From the NCBI GenBank assembly GCA_965197585.1, contig OZ240215.1, positions 1,504,001 to 1,568,000 of the forward strand: a DNA stretch of 64,000 bases, written 5' to 3'. Every line of letters begins with the position of its first letter. Position 1 is the first letter of the stretch. The notes beneath the pieces were generated by a model that worked only from the letters and a program-made list of their open reading frames with translations, was not told the origin of the DNA and searched no databases. This stretch comes from Dehalococcoidia bacterium (GTDB lineage Bacteria > Chloroflexota > Dehalococcoidia > Plut-88900). Both the position numbers and the translations under genes were made by a program. Positions 38,140 to 47,281 of the stretch are shown one piece after another.

Positions 38140-40152
38140 CTATGGCCGGATCCGCGTCCTCTTATGGTTTATGTAGTCCACCAGGATGTACTCGCCTAGC
38201 CGGTCCGCAGTCGTGAAGAACGCCCGACCCTTGTTTATCTTCGTCACCTGTTCCATGAAGTCGATCAGGTAGTAGCTCGTGTCCAGCATGAAGATGTTGA
38301 GGGTTATCCTCTCCTTGGTGCAGCGCCTCACCTCCTGCAGGGTGGCCTGCACCGTAGCGAGACTCGGCGGCCAGGCAAAGTAGGGGTACCCTTGCTCCAT
38401 GTGGGCCGTCGGCTCTCCGTCGGTGACCATGATGATCTGCTTGTTTTCACATTTGCGCTTTGCCAGGTACTCGCGCGCTAGCTGTAAACCGTGTTGCATG
38501 TTGGTGCCGGGCGCACTATCGCTCGCTCCCGCCTCCGGCAGGTCCCGAGCCAATATCTCCTTCGCCATCAACGAAAACCCGATTATGTGAAAATCGTCCT
38601 TCGGGTACTGCCCCGATATCAGGCTGTGCATCGCCAAAGCCACCTTCTTAGCCCCGAAGAAGTCCCCGCTCATATCCATGGACCGGCTCTGGTCCAGCAG
38701 CAAGACCGTCGCACTCCGAGTTTGGTGCTCGGGCTTGTAAATCTCCAGGTCTTCTGGGGACATGTTCACCGGGATCCCCGGCCCCGACCTCTCCACCGCA
38801 TTCAGTATCGTCCGCGGGATATTAAGCCGGAACGGGTCCCCAAACTCGTAGGTTTTCGTTTCCTGCACGTCTTCCAACCCGATCCCACTCCGCTGGGTCT
38901 CGTGGGCCGCGCGCCGGTCCTTTTTCATGTGTCCGAATATATCCCTCAAAGCCTTCTGCCCGATCCTACGCAACCCCTTCGGCGAAAGCTCCATCCGGCC
39001 GTCCTTGAACCGCAGATAGCCCGCCTCTTCCAGTTCCCGGGCCAGTTCCCTCAGCGCTTCAATGTCATCCTCCGCCTCCTGTCCCAACACCTCATTCAGC
39101 TTCTTCGTATCGATCCCCTCCAGCCCCCGGCTAGCCTGCGCCTTACGCAGCTGCGCCTCCAGCTCTTCCATCTTCTGGAGCTTGGACATCACCTCCATCG
39201 CCTGGTCCCAGCTGAGTTCCTCTTCACCCTCAAATGGGAAGCCGCTCCTGCGTCTCCGCGTGGGGTGCAGGGCCTCCAGGTTCTCTGCGAGGCTCGCCAT
39301 CAGGTCCGCCAAGTCGGGGTCCGTGAGTTGAGACTGCATCATCTGCTCCAACGACTCCCGCGCCTCGTCCGACAAGCTGTTCATCAACGACTGCATCTGC
39401 GAAATCCGTCTCTGCAGCTCTTCTATGAACTCTTCCAGGGTGTCGGGCATATCGGGGAAAGCCCCGCCGTAGCGCTGCTTGAACTCGTCATATCCCGAGT
39501 CGAGCCCCATGCGTTGTCTTTCGAGCATTTCATTCAAGTCGGAGAGCATCTGCTTGATCGCATCCATCTCCCCCTGGCCCATATTGCTCATCCGCTCCGC
39601 CATGTCCCGAGCGTAAGGATCTAGCATCTTCTGGCGCAGCATATCCAGCAGTTTCTGGAACTCTTCCCGCGCCTCTTCGTCGAAGAACTCGTAGTCCATC
39701 AGCTCCTTGAACATGCCGCCGGGGCTTTCAGGAAGGCCGTCAAGCGTGTCCTTCTTGCGCTGCACCATCCGCTCCAGCATTTCCTGCATCCCCTCCCCGG
39801 GCCCCTCCTCGGTCCCGGCGCGTGCATCCTCCAGCCGCTTCTCCAGCCCTCGCCTCTCCATGCTGACAATCTGGTCGAGCTTCTCTTTCAGATCGTCCAT
39901 CATCGAATCGAGATCGTACTGCTTAAGCTGCTTTTCCTTCTCCCGACGAAGCTGGTTTATCAGGTCTCGCAGTCCCTGCAGCCGCATCCCTTGCCGGGTC
40001 TGCATCCCCCTTTCCATCAGCCGTTGCATCGCCGACTCCAGGTTGCCATAGGCTAGAACGTCCTTCGTCAGCTCATCCAGCAGCTCTTCGGCAGACGCCT
40101 TGAACGGCTCCTGTGTCCCGTCCCACTTCGAATACCTGTATCGAATGCTCAA
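38140..40152 (-). CDS. VWA-domain protein with a long coiled-coil N-terminus (Rv0959-like)
   Basis: YRYSKWDGTQ, YEFGD, MIDAS DQSRS, TN, TDGEPTAH. Confidence 0.9.
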   Translation of the reverse strand: MSIRYRYSKWDGTQEPFKASAEELLDELTKDVLAYGNLESAMQRLMERGMQTRQGMRLQGLRDLINQLRREKEKQLKQYDLDSMMDDLKEKLDQIVSMERRGLEKRLEDARAGTEEGPGEGMQEMLERMVQRKKDTLDGLPESPGGMFKELMDYEFFDEEAREEFQKLLDMLRQKMLDPYARDMAERMSNMGQGEMDAIKQMLSDLNEMLERQRMGLDSGYDEFKQRYGGAFPDMPDTLEEFIEELQRRISQMQSLMNSLSDEARESLEQMMQSQLTDPDLADLMASLAENLEALHPTRRRRSGFPFEGEEELSWDQAMEVMSKLQKMEELEAQLRKAQASRGLEGIDTKKLNEVLGQEAEDDIEALRELARELEEAGYLRFKDGRMELSPKGLRRIGQKALRDIFGHMKKDRRAAHETQRSGIGLEDVQETKTYEFGDPFRLNIPRTILNAVERSGPGIPVNMSPEDLEIYKPEHQTRSATVLLLDQSRSMDMSGDFFGAKKVALAMHSLISGQYPKDDFHIIGFSLMAKEILARDLPEAGASDSAPGTNMQHGLQLAREYLAKRKCENKQIIMVTDGEPTAHMEQGYPYFAWPPSLATVQATLQEVRRCTKERITLNIFMLDTSYYLIDFMEQVTKINKGRAFFTTADRLGEYILVDYINHKRTRIRP

Positions 40153-40198
40153 ACCATCACCTGTTAGCTACCATGCTTTACTGTGGCCCTCTCAGCGG

Positions 40199-41119
40199 TC
40201 AAGACCGGAAGGAATCGACCGTTCGACTCAATCCCTCTTCCAGCGACACCGTAGGCTCCCACCCCAACACCCGACGCGCTTTTTCGGTGTTTAGGACTAT
40301 CTTGAACACCTCGCCCTCGCTCAATGTCCTGTACTGGGGACTGAGCGAGTTGCCCGTCAGTCTGTCCAAATGACTGAATATCTCTTTCACTGAAGTCCCA
40401 ACCCCGGACCCGAGGTTGAACGCTTCGTCCTCCCCGGCGCTCAGGGAGATGACGTTGGCCCGAGCCACGTCCTGAACGTACAGGAAGTCCCGTTCCTGTT
40501 CGCCTGTGCCGTTGATCGTGACCCGTTCATTCTTCAACATCTTGCCCGCGAATATTGCAACTACTCCGGCCTCACCGCCGGGGTTCTGCCGTGGCCCGTA
40601 TACGTTGGCGTAGCGCAATGCCGTATACCTCAGGCCGTACAAACTCCGGTAAATGGGCAGGTACAGTTCAACCGCTGCCTTTGCTGCCCCATAGGGGGCC
40701 AAAGGCTGGATTGGGTGGCTTTCGTCGCATGGCAGGGATATTGGCTCTCCGTAGATAGCCCCTCCGCTCGAGGAGAAGACTATCTTTTCAACGTCGTTAT
40801 TGCGGCATTCCTCAAGGACGTTCAGAGAACCCATTATGTTCTCGTCGGCGTCCACCAGGGGCCCGCGTATCGACTTAGTTATGCTAGCCTGCGCCGCCAG
40901 ATGACAGACGAACCTCGGCTTATGCTCCTGAAATATACGTGCCAGGCCCGGGTCCCGAAGGTCTGCTTCCAGGACCAGGACGTCGGGGTTGACGTTCCCC
41001 CTGTTGCCCGTGACGAGGCTGTCTATGACCACAACCTCGTAGCCCTCTCCAAGCATCGCATCAGCAACGTGGGAGCCGATGAATCCCGCTCCCCCTGTCA
41101 CCAGAACCTTGTCAGCCAT
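40199..41119 (-). CDS. NAD-dependent epimerase/dehydratase (UDP-glucose 4-epimerase-like)
   Basis: TGGAGFIG, HLAAQ, SSGGAIYG, YGAAK, RYANVYGPRQ. Confidence 0.92.
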   Translation of the reverse strand: MADKVLVTGGAGFIGSHVADAMLGEGYEVVVIDSLVTGNRGNVNPDVLVLEADLRDPGLARIFQEHKPRFVCHLAAQASITKSIRGPLVDADENIMGSLNVLEECRNNDVEKIVFSSSGGAIYGEPISLPCDESHPIQPLAPYGAAKAAVELYLPIYRSLYGLRYTALRYANVYGPRQNPGGEAGVVAIFAGKMLKNERVTINGTGEQERDFLYVQDVARANVISLSAGEDEAFNLGSGVGTSVKEIFSHLDRLTGNSLSPQYRTLSEGEVFKIVLNTEKARRVLGWEPTVSLEEGLSRTVDSFRS

Positions 41120-41275
41120 GCCCCTTTTCCCAGCTACTACTCACTTCCCGATGTAAAGACCCTTGCACCACAATGCCGAACATCTACTGGGGTGGTGTCT
41201 CGTCCCCTCTCCCTCGATGGGAGAGGGCTAGGGTGAGGGTGATTCGATTCTTACGAAAGCTGTTAAGCACAATTC

Positions 41276-42289
41276 TCAAAAGTGCGCGATCACCCCGTCC
41301 GCAAACAGCTTCAGCGACTCTTCAAGACCAGTGAACCTGCCATTGGATGCCTGCGTGTTGAGCACTACCGTATCGAACCCCGACACAGTCGCCATCCTTT
41401 CCACCTGTGCTCTAACCTCATCGGGATTTCCCGCCAAGGCCAGCTGATCGATGAATTTATCTGGCACGCCGCCCGCGTTCTTGGGTGCGTTCGGGTCATG
41501 TGGATAAGGCGAAAATCCCTTTTTGATTCGCTCGATGGCTTCCCTGTCTTCCTCGTCGAACAGGTCCGGGTTGACCCTCGACAGGAGACTTGCCACGTGT
41601 TTGGAGACGTGCTCCCGAGCCACTCCACCCTCCTTCGCAATGGCGAATGGCGCCCACATTATCACTTCCGCCTCCGAAATATCCTTCCCCGCATCCCCCA
41701 TTCCCGCGTAGGTCTTGTCCAGTCCCTCCTGCACAAAAGCCGGCCCCGACCCAGCCATCAGTATGATATTCGACGTCAGCCTCGTCGCCGCCTGCAGCAT
41801 CTTTGGCCCCGTCGCCGCGACGTATATCGGGATTTGGGTAGGACTGTTCAGCCAGGAGATGCCACCCCTCACCCCACTATCGAAATCCGTGTCCCGGTTG
41901 TCCAGCAGGTCCGTCAGCTTCCCGACATACTCCTCCATCTCCGCGATACGGGCTGGCCTTCGCCCTATGGTCCTTACCAGGCTGTTGCCTGTGCTCACAC
42001 CCAGGATCACCCTGCCCGGAGCCAGTTCGTTTAACGATGCAAATGCGCCCGCAGTCACGCTCACGTGCCGGGTATACGGCGCCGTCACCCCCGCCCCCAG
42101 CTTTATCCGGCTCGTGCCCAGGGCGCAGGCCGTCAGCGTCACGTACAGTTCCCGGCATAGCACCTGGGAATCGGCGATCCACAGGCTGTCGTAGCCAAGC
42201 TCCTCCGCCAACTGCGCTATACGCACGACCTCCGGCAGAGGTTGCTGCGCAAACATGCACGCCCCGAATTTCAACTTTCTCGTCAACAT
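41276..42289 (-). CDS. LLM-class flavin/F420-dependent oxidoreductase
   Basis: LWIADSQ, GVTAPYTRH, LNELAPGR, YVAATGPK. Confidence 0.9.
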   Translation of the reverse strand: MLTRKLKFGACMFAQQPLPEVVRIAQLAEELGYDSLWIADSQVLCRELYVTLTACALGTSRIKLGAGVTAPYTRHVSVTAGAFASLNELAPGRVILGVSTGNSLVRTIGRRPARIAEMEEYVGKLTDLLDNRDTDFDSGVRGGISWLNSPTQIPIYVAATGPKMLQAATRLTSNIILMAGSGPAFVQEGLDKTYAGMGDAGKDISEAEVIMWAPFAIAKEGGVAREHVSKHVASLLSRVNPDLFDEEDREAIERIKKGFSPYPHDPNAPKNAGGVPDKFIDQLALAGNPDEVRAQVERMATVSGFDTVVLNTQASNGRFTGLEESLKLFADGVIAHF

Positions 42290-42636
42290 ATGTCCTCTTT
42301 ATCAGCCATTGTATCACCAGCCCTGTCCTTTCCCTGCTCTTCCTCCCCCCCCCCAAAGAAACATCCCTTGATCGTCCCGTCCCCGAGGTGGGGCCGCTCA
42401 CCCTGTCAGAGATCCGCCGAGGCGGAAGCTACGTCGAAGGGTCGAGCGGGGGGGGCCACGTACAGCCAATCCGTCACACCGCCCTCCCCCCGCCCTGCAC
42501 CAAAATCCCCTTGACTGCATGAAACGAACGTGCTAACTTATCCCTCGACCCCGTCCCCCTTCAACCCAAATGCAAAAGCCTCATCACACCTTCTCCATTG
42601 ACTCCATGACTCCCGCAATTCGCTGCAGGCGTCATT

Positions 42637-42756
42637 CAATCAAAACAGCTACGAATTCAATCAAGTCCAATCAACGTTCAATCGACTATCAATCAAGATC
42701 AATCATTTGTTAATCAAGCTCAATCACCCGTCAATCAAGTTCCGTCAAACTCAATC
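42637..42756. repeat. Helically phased CAATC array
   Basis: CAATC starts at 42637, 42658, 42668, 42679, 42690, 42700, 42711 (TAATC), 42721, 42732 and 42752. Confidence 0.85.
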
Positions 42757-42825
42757 GTCGCTCATCCTTCCTCTCCCCGGCTCCCCTTGCGCCCCCACCC
42801 CCACCCCCTTATCATCCCTCCCGCT

Positions 42826-43821
42826 ATGGCCCCACCTCCAAACCCCAACTTTGCAAGAATAGTCGTCATCGGCGGCGGCACCGGCAACTACGTCGTCCTC
42901 AACGGACTCAAGCACCACACCCCCAACCTCACCGCCATCGTAGCCATGACTGACAGCGGAGGCTCCTCCGGCAGACTTCGAGACCAACTCGGTCAGCTGC
43001 CCCCCGGTGATGTCCGCCAGTGTCTCCTCGGCCTGAGCCCCGACAACCCCAACGACTCAATCCTCCGCCGCCTCCTCGACTACCGCTTCGACCGCGGCCA
43101 AGACCTCCAGGGCCACAGCTTCGGGAACCTGATGCTCGCTGCCCTCACCGAGTTAACCGGCAGCATGGCCCTCGCCATCATCGAGGCTGGACGCATGCTG
43201 CAGATCACCGGCCGCGTCCTCCCCGTAACCCTCACCAAGACCAACCTGAAGGCCCGCCTGGTCGACGGCACCGTCGTCGCCGGAGAGGCCAGCATCGACG
43301 TCCGCAGCATCAAGCCCGGCGTCCTTATCGATTATGTCTACCTCGATCCCCCTGCCCAAGTTTATCCACCCGTGGTCGAGGCAATCCTTGAAGCCGACCT
43401 GGTAGTCATGGGCCCCGGCGACCTTTACACCAGCATCATCCCCAATCTCATGGTCGACGGAGTGGGTGACGCCATAGCCCGCACCCGGGCCAGGGTTGTC
43501 TACACTTCCAATCTCATGACCAAGCCCGGAGAGTCGGACTCGTTCAAGGTCTCCGACTTCGTAAAGGAGGTGAAGGGTTACATGGGCCCGCGTGGGCGCA
43601 TCGACTATCTGCTGGTAAATAACGGCCCCATGCCAGACGACGTCGTGAACCGTTACCGTTCAAGCAATGCCCACCCCGTCGTGTTGGACACTGCGGAATG
43701 CACAGGGCTGGTTGGGCGGATAGTCCGTAGCCCGATTGTCGGATATGGAACGCAGATCAGGCACGACTCGGACGCCTTGGCCAGGATGATCATGAGCGTA
43801 GCTAGGGATCAGGCTTCGTAG
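42826..43821 (+). CDS. yvcK: YvcK/GlmR (CofD-related, UPF0052) protein
   Basis: IGGGTG, DSGGSSG.LR, PPGD.R, GHSFGNL, GPG.LYTSIIPN, RHD. Confidence 0.9.
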   Translation: MAPPPNPNFARIVVIGGGTGNYVVLNGLKHHTPNLTAIVAMTDSGGSSGRLRDQLGQLPPGDVRQCLLGLSPDNPNDSILRRLLDYRFDRGQDLQGHSFGNLMLAALTELTGSMALAIIEAGRMLQITGRVLPVTLTKTNLKARLVDGTVVAGEASIDVRSIKPGVLIDYVYLDPPAQVYPPVVEAILEADLVVMGPGDLYTSIIPNLMVDGVGDAIARTRARVVYTSNLMTKPGESDSFKVSDFVKEVKGYMGPRGRIDYLLVNNGPMPDDVVNRYRSSNAHPVVLDTAECTGLVGRIVRSPIVGYGTQIRHDSDALARMIMSVARDQAS

Positions 43822-45203
43822 CTGATGTCCCCCGACTGAGCCGTCACCTTGTTCAGCTTCCGGTTCAGGTGCAGCCCCTCGAGGATGAACTCCACGCCCG
43901 ACGCCACCATCGCCGGCTTCTTGTCGCACTCCAGCTTCTGCAACCCCTTGTCAAAGCCGCCGAGCTTCTTGACGAGACGCGTGTGCGTCCGGGAGTGGGC
44001 CATGTCCGAAATGCCCACGCTTGCCCCTTCCTGAAACTGCGTAAGTAATGCTGCGAAGTCGGTAACGTTGAAATAGCGTGCAAATACGTTGGACACGGCC
44101 CGGTCCACGAGTCCGTCCAACACCTGCTCGCTCCGCTCGTCCTCCACGGTTTCCAGCTCCAGCTTCCCCAGCGTCGACGCCTTTAGGTAAGTCAGGTCGG
44201 ATATCCTTGGCGCAGCCGCCTTCTCACCCGTGTGGAGCGCCCTCCGCATGGCGTTCCCCATAATGCTTTCGTAGTTTGCCGTGGATATCCTGACGCTGAC
44301 CCCCGACCTCTGATTCACGTCCGGGCTCTTCCTTGCCAGCGCCGACACCTGCGCCACGATCTCTTTCATAAAGTGAGGCACCAGTGTCGTACGCCCATCC
44401 TCGAATCGCCGCGCTTCACCTTCCATTATTGCAATCTCGACTTCAGGCGTCTGGGGATAGTGAGTGCGTATCTGGGCCCCATACCGGTCCTTGAGCGGCG
44501 TGATAATCCGCCCTCGGTTTGTGTAGTCCTCCGGGTTGGCGCTCGCTACGACCAGGATGTCCAAAGGCAGCCGGATCTGGTATCCCTTCACCTGGATGTC
44601 ACGTTCCTGCATCAGGTTGAACAGCCCGACTTGCAGCCTTTCCGCCAGGTCGGGAAGCTCGTTGATGCAGAAGATGCCTCGGTTGGTCCTCGGGACCAGC
44701 CCGTAGTGCACGGTCAACTCGTCGGATAGATACCGGCCCTCGGTGACCTTGATCGGATCGATGTCCCCGATTAGGTCGGCCATGGTCACGTCGGGCGTGG
44801 CGAGCTTCTCCGCGTAGCGATCGTCCCGGTGGAGCCAAGTCACCGGGGTCCCATCCCCGAGGTCTCGCGCCTTGTCCCTGCAGGTACGGCATACCGGAGC
44901 GTATGGGTTGTCATTGATCTCGCACCCCTCCACCACGGGAACTTCCTCGTCTAAAAGACTCACCAGTCCGCGGATCATCCGGCTCTTAGCCTGCCCTCGC
45001 TCCCCGAGCACGATGATGTCCTGACCCGCCAGCAGAGCGTTTTCCAGCTGAGGCATAACCGTGTCCTCGTACCCGAGGATCCCTTCAAACAGCGGCTCAC
45101 GCCCCTCCAGCTTGCGGACCAGATTCCGCCTCAATTCTGCCTTTATCGGCAGCACCTCATACCCCGACTCCCTAAGCTCTCCAACCGTACTGGCCTTTAC
45201 CAT
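43809..45203 (-). CDS. Mg-chelatase-like AAA+ ATPase (Rv0958-like)
   Basis: GERGQAKSR, EKLATPD, DLIGDIDPIK, NELPDL, ANPEDYTNRGRII. Confidence 0.9.
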   Translation of the reverse strand: MVKASTVGELRESGYEVLPIKAELRRNLVRKLEGREPLFEGILGYEDTVMPQLENALLAGQDIIVLGERGQAKSRMIRGLVSLLDEEVPVVEGCEINDNPYAPVCRTCRDKARDLGDGTPVTWLHRDDRYAEKLATPDVTMADLIGDIDPIKVTEGRYLSDELTVHYGLVPRTNRGIFCINELPDLAERLQVGLFNLMQERDIQVKGYQIRLPLDILVVASANPEDYTNRGRIITPLKDRYGAQIRTHYPQTPEVEIAIMEGEARRFEDGRTTLVPHFMKEIVAQVSALARKSPDVNQRSGVSVRISTANYESIMGNAMRRALHTGEKAAAPRISDLTYLKASTLGKLELETVEDERSEQVLDGLVDRAVSNVFARYFNVTDFAALLTQFQEGASVGISDMAHSRTHTRLVKKLGGFDKGLQKLECDKKPAMVASGVEFILEGLHLNRKLNKVTAQSGDISYEA

Positions 45204-45429
45204 TTTTTCACCTTCAAATGAGTTGTTTCCACTCCTAATCCCCTCTACCTCCACCTCTATCATTCCTCGCGTGGCCTCGGAATCTAGGACTTACCCCTAC
45301 TCCTTCTGCCATGCCCTACCCCTCCCACGACCCCTCAAACCTAACGTTGCCCATGTTCCCAAACCCCCCTCCCCAATGTCAAATAACCCTCACCTTGCGA
45401 TACGCACGCCGCGACTGTACGCTTTCATC

Positions 45430-46596
45430 ATGCCGACCCACACCTTGACTCTAGGCTCCCTCTCACTGGACGGCGATGTTGTTGCATCGCTCAACGGCGA
45501 ATCAATACCCGTCCCCCTCGGCATCCGCGGCGAGACCGTAGAGGTCGAGGTCCATGAAAATCGGCGAGGCACAAAAACTGGCGTTGTCACCTGGGTAATT
45601 GATCCCTCCTCCCACCGCGTTGAGCCTCCGTGCCCCTACTTCGGAGAGTGTGGCGGCTGCCAATGGCAACACGTCGCCTATTCTCATCAGCTTGAGATGA
45701 AGCGCGACGTTCTCAAAAGACACCTTGAAGAGGTGGCCGGCTTGAAGTCTCCCAACGTATCCCCGACTATCGCCTCCCCTTCGCAGTCCGGATACCGGAA
45801 TCACGCACGGTTCTCCGTGGACCGGAAAGGGAGCCTCGGATTCACCAAGGCCGGGACCCACCGTCCCCTCGAGATCGCCCGCTGCCTTATCATGCACGAA
45901 GATATAAATGCCGTCTTGTCCGAACTCCAGGGCAAGGGCAAAGGCCTTCGTCAGGTCGCGGTCAGGTGTGGTGTCAACACCGGTACCCTTCTCATCCAAC
46001 CTTCCCTCACTGTCCCCGACGTAAACGTCAAGTCAGGCCAGCCCGACTTCACCGAGTCCCTCTTCGGCTACACTTTCAAAGTCTCCAGCCCGTCCTTCTT
46101 TCAGGTCAACACGCCCCAGGCCGAACGAATGACCGCCGAGCTTAGAGACCGCCTCTATCCCACCGGAGATGAACTGCTTTTCGACGCCTACGGCGGCGTG
46201 GGGACCTTCGCGGTCCTCCTGGCCCCCTACTACCGGGAGATTGTCACCCTGGAAGAATCTCCCTCGGCAATTGAGGACGCCTTGGTAAACTGCCGTCCTT
46301 TCTCCAACGTAACCGTTCTGAAGGGAAAGGCAGAGGAGGTGCTTTCGGAGATTGAGGCCCTACCCGACACCGTAATTCTCGACCCTCCCCGCGTCGGCTG
46401 CCACCCGAAGATTCTGGAGGTGCTCGCCTCCCTGCGGCCGCGGAAGATAGCCTACGTATCCTGTTCCCCTAGCACTCTGGCCCGGGATTTGGCATTCCTT
46501 ACCGGCAACGGCTATTCTCTAAGGGAAGCCGTGCCCATCGATATGTTTCCCCAGACCCACCACGTCGAGTCCATATCCATCCTCGAAAGGACCTGA
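45430..46596 (+). CDS. rlmD: 23S rRNA (uracil-C5)-methyltransferase, RlmD/TrmA family
   Basis: CPYFGECGGC, YRN, SFFQVN, DAYGGVG, LDPPR.G, YVSC, DMFPQT.HVE. Confidence 0.9.
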   Translation: MPTHTLTLGSLSLDGDVVASLNGESIPVPLGIRGETVEVEVHENRRGTKTGVVTWVIDPSSHRVEPPCPYFGECGGCQWQHVAYSHQLEMKRDVLKRHLEEVAGLKSPNVSPTIASPSQSGYRNHARFSVDRKGSLGFTKAGTHRPLEIARCLIMHEDINAVLSELQGKGKGLRQVAVRCGVNTGTLLIQPSLTVPDVNVKSGQPDFTESLFGYTFKVSSPSFFQVNTPQAERMTAELRDRLYPTGDELLFDAYGGVGTFAVLLAPYYREIVTLEESPSAIEDALVNCRPFSNVTVLKGKAEEVLSEIEALPDTVILDPPRVGCHPKILEVLASLRPRKIAYVSCSPSTLARDLAFLTGNGYSLREAVPIDMFPQTHHVESISILERT

Positions 46597-46599
46597 CCA

Positions 46600-47259
46600 A
46601 TGGCTGTTAATAACGGCCCGACCCTGGTCCTCGCCTCCCGCTCCCCGAGACGCCGGGAGATCATGGACGCCCTCGGGGTAAGCTACGAAATCGTCCCCGC
46701 AGACATAGACGAGGCCTCACTCCTGGACCAAGCCGCTGGCCCGGAGGACGCAGCCCGTAGGCTAGCCCTGAGCAAAGCCGAAACCGTAGCAAAGCTCCGC
46801 CCCGAGGCACACGTCCTTGCCGCCGATACCGTAGTCTGCCTAAGCAGCCGCATCTTCGGTAAACCCGCTGATGAGCAGGAAGCCACCGACATGCTGAAAG
46901 CCCTGCGGGGAAAACCCCATCGGGTGGTCACGGGCCTCGCTCTTCTGCCACCTGGCCCCTCCGACCCCATCGTCGCCCACACCAACACCTCAGTCCTCAT
47001 GCGTCCCTACACCGACGAGGAAATCGACGCCTACGTCGCCACCGGCTCTCCCATGGACAAGGCGGGCGCATACGGCGTCCAGGACACTGAATTTCATCCC
47101 GCCGCCCCCGTCAATGGCTGCTACTTCAACGTAGTCGGACTTCCCCTCTGCACCGCCTCGGAGATGCTAAGGCAGGCGGGTTTCCCGCCCGTGGTGGACT
47201 TGCGTGTCGCCGCGGCCTGCGTCAGCCACCGCTGCCCCTTCGCCGGGTTCGGTCACTAG
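46600..47259 (+). CDS. maf: Maf nucleoside triphosphate pyrophosphatase
   Basis: LASRSPRR, ADTVV, GKP, DKAGAYG.Q, NVVGLP. Confidence 0.95.
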   Translation: MAVNNGPTLVLASRSPRRREIMDALGVSYEIVPADIDEASLLDQAAGPEDAARRLALSKAETVAKLRPEAHVLAADTVVCLSSRIFGKPADEQEATDMLKALRGKPHRVVTGLALLPPGPSDPIVAHTNTSVLMRPYTDEEIDAYVATGSPMDKAGAYGVQDTEFHPAAPVNGCYFNVVGLPLCTASEMLRQAGFPPVVDLRVAAACVSHRCPFAGFGH

Positions 47260-47281
47260 CGGGCAATACCTGGAGAGCCTA

